Part shown: positions 26,501 to 33,421 of the stretch, in pieces | Numbering within the stretch: the first letter of the stretch is position 1 | Layout of the letters: each line of letters opens with the position of its first letter | Assembly (NCBI GenBank): GCA_028702025.1 | Contig: JAQVPR010000001.1 | Location: forward strand, 1-63,247 | Direction: 5' to 3' | DNA: 63,247 bases | DNA from: Candidatus Cloacimonadota bacterium | GTDB lineage: Bacteria > Cloacimonadota > Cloacimonadia > Cloacimonadales > WRIO01 | Translations under genes and position numbers: made by a program | The notes under the pieces: model-generated | Told to the model about the DNA's origin: nothing | Databases searched by the model: none | Seen by the model: the letters and a program-made list of their open reading frames with translations, nothing else

Positions 26501-28566
26501 AAATTTTTAATTGCCTTAGGAGATATTTGACCATTATTAAACTCATCATATATGTCTTGCACGTCAATAAGTTTTGTATTAATACCGTTTGTTTGCCAAG
26601 TTTGTTGTAGAAATAAAGCCCCTTCTGATTTTGCAAATTGTGTATTAGTTAAAATTAAATAGTCAGCTTGGTTATCTGGATTTAACAAATCTGAGGGAAT
26701 ATCATAAGAATATGCAAAAGGGGTTAATTTTTGGTTGTCTGTTAATGCAATGTATTCTATTTCATTAGAATTTATATAGTCTTGAAATTTTATTGTATAA
26801 GGCGGGATTCCAAGCTCTGTTAAGGGTTCAATGGTTATATTGTTAAATACACTTGATCCAATTTTATAGATGCTTACATCTTCTTGAGTAAAATTATGTA
26901 GTTCAAATTGATATAAACCAAAAGGGCGATTGGATGGCTTTTTAAACTTAAGAAAGTTTTTGTCTGTTCGGTATTCTCTCCAATAAGTAATCTCAAAATA
27001 ATCTAAAAATATTTGTTCTAAATATCCCATTGGCGTATCACCGGGCATATCAATAAACATATTGTTTGTTCCATTTATTAAATAGCTATTAGCCATATTG
27101 GAGTGATTTTCAAATATTTGTTCTGTTTGATCTCTCCAACTTTGATTATTGACTAAGGCGGAATTTATTCTAACAATAGCGTGATGATCATAATCATTGC
27201 TTGAAGATAAATGAGAAGCACCCCAAACAGATACTTTTGCATTAAAATATCGGGTATTGACATTTAAGGGATATTCTAATTCAAATGGAGATATGTTTAG
27301 GTCAGGAGCTGTAATTGCTTTCCAAAATAATACATCTTCTTTGTGAAAGAAAGTATTACCTTGAGCAACTTGATTACCTAATCTATCTGTGAATACTTGA
27401 TTTTCAAAATGCACTGTCTGCTCATATCCATCAGGGATGATGATATTGGATGAATTAGTCTCGTTTAATCCGCCGTTTTCTACAGCCATTCGTGTTCCTA
27501 CTGTATCATTGAGTAGGAATAATTTATAAATGTTTTTATTTGTGTAAGAATGATAGTAGGCCTCTTCACCTTTGTTATGTTCACCCCAAAATTCAAGGTA
27601 GTCGCCGGGGTCAAAAGATTGGTCGTTTTCTCCTACAAAATGAATGGGGACCGGCATACCATTGTTTTTTAGTTCTAAATATTTTGGATTAAGTTGGTCA
27701 ATATCCCATAAGAAATTAATATTTAAAGAATCTTGCATTACTTGCATTTGTTCTTTTAGTTCTTCGTAGGATATTTTATAAATACCATCTTCAATAATTA
27801 CAATATTTAAAATAGAAATATCATTTAACCCTTTATATTTTGGTTCATAATTTTTCACTTTACTTGTGTTTTCTCTTTGCCATAATTTAGCTTTGTCGTA
27901 GTTTAATAATAAGTCGTTTAAAAAAAGACTGTACCTATCCTCATAAAAAGAATTTCGTGTTTTATTTGTTGTGCCGGAAATAGATATATTTATTCTTGCT
28001 GAGTTTATAATTTGAAGGGTACGATTTTGAGAATTTACTTGGAATGGATGAAAAACAAAGCTTTGAATTTTATTATTGCCGGCAAAAGCACTTTCATTTG
28101 TTTTTATAGGAAAAACGGGATATAGGGTATTGCTATTGTAAAAATCTGTATTTGCTTGTAAAATATAATCAATTTCAGGAAGTGTATCTTGCTGTAATTG
28201 AATATTTTCTTTGTATCTTAATTCTATAGTTTCATTGGGTTCAATTAAAATGTTTGCAATTTGTGAAGTTTGGGTGTTAGAGATTGAAACATTTATCTTA
28301 CCGTCAACAGGGATGCCAATAATTTCACTAAATATAGGTAAACTCGGTAATCCTTCTTCAGAGGTATATGAAGCTGAAGGACATATTATTTTTTGATAAC
28401 CTTCTAATTCTGAGTTTTTTATCTCGTATTGAGGCAAGTTAAAGTCTAATATGATATTATTGTCTGTAATAGAAATTATTGTAAATGGAGAGCAATGTAT
28501 TGAAGTAATAAGTAAAAATGAGAAAAAAATAAAAACAATTATTTCTTTTGTTAAGTTTTTTTTCAT
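23566..28566 (-). CDS. Peptidase C25 (gingipain/PorU-like) giant surface protein with T9SS-type C-terminal domain
   Basis: Signal peptide. Caspase-like His/Cys dyad context FMGHGGGRIW ... FVSSLACFASAFD. C-terminal FlgD-Ig/T9SS type A-like domain (NYPNPVRS...TLKVYTVSGRLVKT...GMYFYKIIA...LSILK). Confidence 0.8.
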   Translation of the reverse strand: MKKNLTKEIIVFIFFSFLLITSIHCSPFTIISITDNNIILDFNLPQYEIKNSELEGYQKIICPSASYTSEEGLPSLPIFSEIIGIPVDGKINVSISNTQTSQIANILIEPNETIELRYKENIQLQQDTLPEIDYILQANTDFYNSNTLYPVFPIKTNESAFAGNNKIQSFVFHPFQVNSQNRTLQIINSARINISISGTTNKTRNSFYEDRYSLFLNDLLLNYDKAKLWQRENTSKVKNYEPKYKGLNDISILNIVIIEDGIYKISYEELKEQMQVMQDSLNINFLWDIDQLNPKYLELKNNGMPVPIHFVGENDQSFDPGDYLEFWGEHNKGEEAYYHSYTNKNIYKLFLLNDTVGTRMAVENGGLNETNSSNIIIPDGYEQTVHFENQVFTDRLGNQVAQGNTFFHKEDVLFWKAITAPDLNISPFELEYPLNVNTRYFNAKVSVWGASHLSSSNDYDHHAIVRINSALVNNQSWRDQTEQIFENHSNMANSYLINGTNNMFIDMPGDTPMGYLEQIFLDYFEITYWREYRTDKNFLKFKKPSNRPFGLYQFELHNFTQEDVSIYKIGSSVFNNITIEPLTELGIPPYTIKFQDYINSNEIEYIALTDNQKLTPFAYSYDIPSDLLNPDNQADYLILTNTQFAKSEGALFLQQTWQTNGINTKLIDVQDIYDEFNNGQISPKAIKNFFSYAYNNWTEPRFSHVLLLGDGIFDKKHQADIDKYDIIPIYNIWTNKYGATASDNWYACIIGDDPIPDFHISRISVTEEEHILSIAEKTHHYINNPDFHSKWHSQVTLASGGKISDYTDTFAQQNENIRTNYIPDYYQVNRVYTAVSTVSPQYTGGTFQLKDKINDGTVFLQFMGHGGGRIWSDYNLLNANDVKTLSNTNYPFVSSLACFASAFDTRGLASIGEVFVAEPGKGAIAHIGFSGLGYLRQDEDFGNYLADGFFNKNLKSFGEISTYTKAKFFGQYGNSYAGIALTQGCVLLGDPMIGHHRIIQNGEISIDNDNYLVNPGDTLTINANFTPDVYSAKMYILNENEIAQNIVYESPAIQGIFQNQYTIPNDLGSGKRDIKIIASGTNQVYSVNSKFAIGNSIFTESNVIPDIPTENDSIQITTKLFTNKNIHKLTLTTITNYTENTYDMLWDNIAEQYISHRIKPFAAGQIINYHFKIYWADDSAITNSETYSFKISAPDLVILNMLLTENNGEPGYNIQIQNSGDVISQPTNLSLKSGTKELNQIEVNPINIMDNIWLFVSIPQTIQHLTINAIVNNNGENFGEYSYTNNSMSHQLDNYFFKAGLNPFSIYSLDKNLKIDIPENIFQQDVWFSIEKSPSLNPDNQPDIQTLKLINNDFSPAFNISLLDNSGLIDTLGTLPKNKRIILSFFYHKTDSDVLEQETENNFTVFRWDAYTSKWIQQGGSYIDTVNKKVICDVTKTGTYTVLRNYDTTVPLIDVNVEGQEFTVGGYISGKGVLSFLFSDANGIDILEHPIEMYINGQLINPQDFAMSIIPEHTNHIPMKYHLSHPKGDYTIIISCSDVNGNHNSRQFSFKINDRFDLIRTANYPNPVRSRTIDPVNAGRTRFTYTLTDDADTVTLKVYTVSGRLVKTFRNLPVSVGYHEYPRTVYSWDCRDEEGYELANGMYFYKIIANKGNKEIIKTNKLSILK

Positions 28567-28568
28567 AC

Positions 28569-29837
28569 CTATTGTAATCCTTTTTTGCCTATGTCGTGCC
28601 TAAATCTCAAAATATCAGATTTAATGAATTTTAAATTATTATATGCAGAATTGATTGCATCTATGAGTGAAATGCCAAGACTTGTTAAGCTAATAACTCT
28701 TCCGCCATTATTTACAAGACAATTTAGTTCTTTTGAATCTTTAACTCCTGCATAGTATAGTTTAATGTCTTGTTTTTTTTCAATTGATGAATCAATATAT
28801 ATTTGCTTGCCTTTTTCAAAACTTTCAGGATATCCTTTTGAGGCTAATACAACAGTAACTGCGTATTTATCTTCCCATTCCAAGTTGATATTATGTATTG
28901 TTTTATTAGAAATTGCTGTGCATAATTCATAGAAATCATTTTTAAGTAATGGTAGTATTACTTGAGTTTCAGGATCACCTAAACGACAATTAAATTCTAT
29001 TACTGAAATATTTTCATTATTAATCATTAATCCGGCATATAATACTCCACTAAAAGAGCAGTTTTCTTTTTTTAGAGCAGATAAAATAGGAGTAAAAATT
29101 TGTTCATCAACTTGTTTTTTTAATTTTGTAAATTTATCGACAGGAGCAAAGGCACCCATTCCACCGGTATTTAAGCCTTTATCTTCATCAAAAACTCGTT
29201 TATGGTCTTGTGAAAAAATTGTTGAAACATAATTATCCCCATCGCAAAAGGCAAAAATTGAGGCTTCTTCGCCATATAAAAAGTCTTCAATGACAATCTG
29301 AGAGCCTGCTTCTCCAAATTTTTTATCAAGCATTATTTCTTTTATGGATAATTCTGCTTCGGTGAAATTACTTGCAATTATCACACCTTTGCCGGCTGCT
29401 AATCCATCAGCTTTTAGTACAATAGGGAATTTTTTACCTTTTAAATATGAAATAGCAGAAGAGGTCTTATTAAAAATTGCTGAATTTGCAGTTGGGATAT
29501 TATATTTTTGCATTAAATTTTTTGCAAATACTTTACTACTTTCGATTTGAGCTGCATCCTTTGTCGGTCCGATTACCTTGATATTATGCGATAATAAAAA
29601 ATCACTTATACCTTCAGATAATAGTTGTTCTCCTCCAACAAAAACCAGATCAATTTTATTATTTTCAACAAAATCTAATATGCCGTTAAAATCTTCTTGA
29701 GGAACTGTTTGATAATATTTTTTTATTCCATCATTGCCGGGCATTACAAATATTTTGTCTGTATGTTTACTTTGATTAAATGCGTCAGCTATTGTATGTT
29801 CGCGAGCACCGCTACCTAAAACTAATATATTTTTCAT
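28569..29837 (-). CDS. purD: Phosphoribosylamine-glycine ligase
   Basis: MKNILVLGSGAREH, the ATP-grasp region and GGRVISLT. Confidence 0.95.
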   Translation of the reverse strand: MKNILVLGSGAREHTIADAFNQSKHTDKIFVMPGNDGIKKYYQTVPQEDFNGILDFVENNKIDLVFVGGEQLLSEGISDFLLSHNIKVIGPTKDAAQIESSKVFAKNLMQKYNIPTANSAIFNKTSSAISYLKGKKFPIVLKADGLAAGKGVIIASNFTEAELSIKEIMLDKKFGEAGSQIVIEDFLYGEEASIFAFCDGDNYVSTIFSQDHKRVFDEDKGLNTGGMGAFAPVDKFTKLKKQVDEQIFTPILSALKKENCSFSGVLYAGLMINNENISVIEFNCRLGDPETQVILPLLKNDFYELCTAISNKTIHNINLEWEDKYAVTVVLASKGYPESFEKGKQIYIDSSIEKKQDIKLYYAGVKDSKELNCLVNNGGRVISLTSLGISLIDAINSAYNNLKFIKSDILRFRHDIGKKGLQ

Positions 29838-31063
29838 TTAGTCTCCAATAATGCTATCATCATAAAAATTGCTTTTTCAGCAGTTTTAAATCTTATTAAC
29901 TCTCGAGTTCCGGTAAAAAAACATTTTTGACTTATTAGTTTATCATTGAATTTTATGCCAATAAAGACTGTTCCAACCGGTTTATCGGCAGTTCCACCTT
30001 CCGGACCTGCTATTCCGGTTACAGCACAAACGAGATTGGTATTAAAGAGTTTTTGGCAGCCGGTTAACATAGCTTCTAATGTTTCTTGGCTTACAGCACC
30101 ATTTTGTTCTATGATTGTTTTTTCTATTTGAAGTAAATTTTCTTTTTGTTTATTAGAATATACTACAGCAGAACCTTCAAAATAAGAGGATGCTCCGGGA
30201 ATTTCGGTAATCATTTTAGCAATTAATCCTCCGGTACAAGATTCAGCTGTACTTAACGTTATTTTAAGTTTTGTTATTATGTTATGCAGTTTATGCTGAG
30301 GTGAAAGCTCATTTATACCCCAGATATTAGAGTGGAATTTTTGTGTAATTACTTGTTGTGCATTTTCTATTTTTTTTTCGTTATTTCCGTATAATCTTAT
30401 GTTTACTCTACCGGTTTGTGGCAACCAAGCTATATTTATATCATCAAAATTTATTTGTTCCATTTCATCTGCAATTTGTGATTCGGGTAGTTCATAGGTT
30501 TGTATATCAATGCAATAGAATGAATCAATCTTATATTTTTTTATTATATCAGGTTTGAGGTAAGTTAGGAATAGGTTTTTCATTTCAAAAGGTACTCCGG
30601 GGAAACAGTATAATGATTTCTCACCTTCTTCATATTTTAATCCGGGAGCAGTGCCTAAAGAATTTGTTAACGCAGTAAAGTTTGCAGGAACATAAGCTTG
30701 TGTTTTATTTGACTCGGGCATTTCAATGTTTCGTTCAATAAATCTTTGTCTAATTTGATTTTCTATATCAATGTTATAAATGAGCTCTTTATTAAAAAAA
30801 TCTGCCACTGCTTTTTTTGTTATATCGTCTTTCGTAGGTCCAAGACCTCCGGTTATAATAATTAAACTACTTTTTTCCCAAGCATTATAAAGAGCTTGAT
30901 GAATTATATCTGTCTCGTCAGGGATAATAACAGCTTTGTTTATATTAATACCTATCATTGATAATTGATTAGCCATCCAACTTAAATTAGTATTTACTGT
31001 TTTTCCGAGTAGAAGTTCATTGCCAATATTAATTATTGTGACGTAATTTATACTACTTATCAT
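29834..31063 (-). CDS. cinA: CinA-family protein (MoCF-binding domain plus nicotinamide-nucleotide amidohydrolase PncC domain)
   Basis: IINIGNELLLGKTVNTNLSWMA, ITGGLGPTKDDITK and the C-terminal TAESCTGGLIA motif. Confidence 0.9.
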   Translation of the reverse strand: MISSINYVTIINIGNELLLGKTVNTNLSWMANQLSMIGININKAVIIPDETDIIHQALYNAWEKSSLIIITGGLGPTKDDITKKAVADFFNKELIYNIDIENQIRQRFIERNIEMPESNKTQAYVPANFTALTNSLGTAPGLKYEEGEKSLYCFPGVPFEMKNLFLTYLKPDIIKKYKIDSFYCIDIQTYELPESQIADEMEQINFDDINIAWLPQTGRVNIRLYGNNEKKIENAQQVITQKFHSNIWGINELSPQHKLHNIITKLKITLSTAESCTGGLIAKMITEIPGASSYFEGSAVVYSNKQKENLLQIEKTIIEQNGAVSQETLEAMLTGCQKLFNTNLVCAVTGIAGPEGGTADKPVGTVFIGIKFNDKLISQKCFFTGTRELIRFKTAEKAIFMMIALLETK

Positions 31064-31135
31064 TTTTTTAAAATTCCTTTTTTTGCAAATATATTCAGTT
31101 ATTTATTTTTATTTATTTATTTTGTCAATATGAAA

Positions 31136-31162
31136 ATAAAAAAAGTCGGAATAATCCGACTT
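31136..31162 (-). terminator. Rho-independent terminator after the 31169-32008 OMP gene
   Basis: Stem AAGTCGGA/TCCGACTT with loop ATAA. A T-run follows on the minus strand (plus-strand A-run at 31136-31144). Confidence 0.75.
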
Positions 31163-31168
31163 TAATTA

Positions 31169-32008
31169 TTAAAAACTTGCACCTACACCTATATTAAATG
31201 TTGATGTATTTGCAAGTGAATAATCTGCAAATATATCCAATATTAAGATACTGTATCTTAATCCAACAGTAGCTTTAATGTCGTTTTCTGCATCTAATTT
31301 TAACTTAATTTCTTCTTGAATTAAGCCATCATCGTAGGTATATTTTGCTTTAAGTTGAGCTTTTTCATAACCTAAGGCACAATATGGTGTTAAAAATAAC
31401 AATTTTTTACTTGCTTGCATATTGAAAGCTAAGGTATTTACATCAACAATATCACCAACTGTGAGTTGTTGATATACTGCTTGAATTGACCAATCGATTG
31501 GAAATAATTTTGTTAGATATTGATCAATACTATGTTTAAATCCAACTCCCCATAAACTTATATTTCCAATATCATCGGTAATTTTTATTGGAGGAAATCC
31601 TCTTAACATAATTTCATTACCTTTTGGTAAACCGAGAGAAAATGAAACTGTTGGTACTGCAGCAATATTTAAATCAGTTCCTTCAGGGAACCCATTATTA
31701 CCATTATTACCAAATATTGTAGAAGTTTCGACTGTGGAAGTTGGGGTGATAGCATTAAACTTTTTTTCATTTGAAGGTATAGGTATGAATGCGGCCCCAA
31801 TCATAACTGATGGTCTGAGAGTTTTTAATACTTTTGCTGTGTTAAAATAGCCTGAATTTAAACCTGCTCCCATTGTGTTTGCTAAAGGTTGTAAATATCC
31901 GTTTGCATTTTCTTCTAACATCTGGGATAATTTGTCTTCAATATAGTCAGCTGATAAGAAATTAAAGAGACTAACTATGAAAACTATTAACAATACTTTT
32001 TTTATCAT
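31169..32008 (-). CDS. Putative outer-membrane beta-barrel protein
   Basis: Signal peptide, alternating hydrophobic beta-strand pattern and a C-terminal ...NIGVGASF (terminal Phe). No family recognised. Confidence 0.55.
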   Translation of the reverse strand: MIKKVLLIVFIVSLFNFLSADYIEDKLSQMLEENANGYLQPLANTMGAGLNSGYFNTAKVLKTLRPSVMIGAAFIPIPSNEKKFNAITPTSTVETSTIFGNNGNNGFPEGTDLNIAAVPTVSFSLGLPKGNEIMLRGFPPIKITDDIGNISLWGVGFKHSIDQYLTKLFPIDWSIQAVYQQLTVGDIVDVNTLAFNMQASKKLLFLTPYCALGYEKAQLKAKYTYDDGLIQEEIKLKLDAENDIKATVGLRYSILILDIFADYSLANTSTFNIGVGASF

Positions 32009-32030
32009 TTATTCCTCCTATTATTAATTA

Positions 32031-32059
32031 ACTATATTTTTATTTATTAATTTTGTCAA
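32031..32059 (-). promoter_or_regulatory. sigma70-type promoter for the OMP gene
   Basis: Minus strand: TTGACA (32059-32054), a 17-nt spacer, then TATAGT (32036-32031). A GGAGG RBS and the ATG at 32008 follow. Confidence 0.6.
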
Positions 32060-32161
32060 TAGTTTTTTCATAATCAATCCATTATTGTTGTTTGTAGAGT
32101 GTGTTGTTGTGCAAAAATCATTAAAGACTGTTGGATAATGTTATTTGTTCGGTTTTTTTTC

Positions 32162-32190
32162 TTGACAAAAACATTGAAATTATTGATAAT
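32162..32190 (+). promoter_or_regulatory. sigma70-type promoter for the methyltransferase gene
   Basis: TTGACA (32162-32167), a 17-nt spacer, then GATAAT (32185-32190). Confidence 0.6.
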
Positions 32191-32217
32191 AATTTAAATA
32201 GATTTATGGAGTAGCTA

Positions 32218-32991
32218 ATGGATAATAAAAATGTTTATGAAAAATTTGATTGGGAGCAGTTACAAACTAAGAATTTATTAAATAAAATTGAGATTATAAA
32301 TGAATTTATACCTGATGATGTGAAAAGTATTATTGATATTGGTTGTGGAAATGGGATTATTACAAATATGCTAAGTGCAAAATATGATGTTACCGGTGTT
32401 GATCGAAGTGAAAAAGCATTATCCTTTGTTACAACTTAAAAAATCTTGTCTGATGCTGAACAGATACCCGTAAAAGATAATAGTTATGATTTAGTTTTTT
32501 CAAGTGAGATGTTAGAACACTTAGATGATGATTCGTTGAATTTAGCAATTAGAGAAATGAAAAGAATTAGCAAGAAATATATTTTGATTTCAGTTCCAAA
32601 TGGTGAAAATCCTATGAAAAATTCAATTCAATGCCCAAAATGTAAACATATTTATGCTCGTTCATATCATTTACAATCTTTTAAGCTTAATAAATTAGTG
32701 AAATTATTTCCTGAGTATAAACTATTGAAATATAAAACTTCAGGTATAAAAGTAAGGTATTACCGTCCTTTTATTTTAAAGCTTAAATATAAATTTTCAC
32801 CGCCTATATCATGGATTCCTTATTATTGGATACACAGAAATCAACGAAATACTGTTTGTCCAAGATGTGAAAATGAGTTTATTTTTCAATATAAATTTAA
32901 TTTGGCAGCTACTTTTTTCGATTTAGTAAATATTGTGTTTTCTTCAAAAAAACCATATTGGTTAATTGTTCTTTTAGAAAACAATAAATAG
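32218..32991 (+). pseudogene. Class I SAM-dependent methyltransferase interrupted by an in-frame TAA (32437-32439)
   Basis: ORFs 32218-32439 (motif I IIDIGCGNGIIT) and 32446-32991 (post-I/II region DLVFSSEMLEHLDD, plus CPKC...CPRC) are in the same frame. A single TAA separates them. Confidence 0.7.
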
Positions 32992-32998
32992 AACGGCA

Positions 32999-33162
32999 AT
33001 TGAATAATATTGTTGTGCGAGCATCCTTGCTTGCATTAAAATAACCTTAAGTCATAGTTATTCAATATTTTATAAAACTACAAGCTGGAAGCTTTAGAAC
33101 AATAATTGAAATTATTCAACAGCCTTTATGTAGTAGCTTTATAGAATATTTATACTTGATTT
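32999..33162 (+). repeat. Long copy (E1) of the hairpin repeat family
   Basis: ATTGAATAATATTGTT, core GTGCGAGCATCCTTGCTTGCAT (33015-33036), then ...ACCTTAAGTCATAGTTATTCAATATTTTATAAAACTACAAGCTGGAAGCTTTAGAAC. A tail (..CAACAGCCTTTATGTAGTAG..CTTGATTT) is shared with copies at 33241 and 51284. Confidence 0.85.
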
Positions 33163-33216
33163 ACAAGGGACCTCCAAGATGCTTTAAAGCATCTTGGAGG
33201 TCCCTTGTGTTTTTCT
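33163..33216 (+). terminator. Very strong intrinsic terminator hairpin (20-bp stem) closing repeat copy E1
   Basis: ACAAGGGACCTCCAAGATGC-TTTAAA-GCATCTTGGAGGTCCCTTGT followed by GTTTTTCTT. The same arms recur at 51395-51441. Confidence 0.75.
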
Positions 33217-33240
33217 TATAATTTTATGTTAAAAAAGGTA

Positions 33241-33418
33241 GTTGAAAAATAATATTGTGCGAGCATCTCTGCTTGCACTCAAAACCTTAAGTGATAGGTA
33301 TTCAATATTTTATGAAACTACAAACTGGAAGCTTGTAGAACATTTTTGCATTTTGGGACAGCGTCTGAAAAATGTGGCTAAGGTTTTAATTGTTCTTTCA
33401 CAGCCTCGTATGAATAAG
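33241..33418 (+). repeat. Long copy (E2) of the hairpin repeat family
   Basis: Core GTGCGAGCATCTCTGCTTGCAC (33257-33278), then ACCTTAAGTGATAGGTATTCAATATTTTATGAAACTACAAACTGGAAGCTTGTAGAAC. The tail is TTTTGGGACAGCGTCTGAAAAA...CACAGCCTCGTATGAATAAG. It abuts the kinase stop at 33422. Confidence 0.85.
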
Positions 33419-33421
33419 ATT

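Noticed and set aside
32437-32439. TAA reassigned as a sense codon (alternative genetic code)
   Set aside because: TAA is the ordinary stop of many well-supported genes in this window (for example the SPOUT gene at 7936 and the Wzc-like kinase at 18857). A local nonsense mutation or a sequencing error is far more likely.
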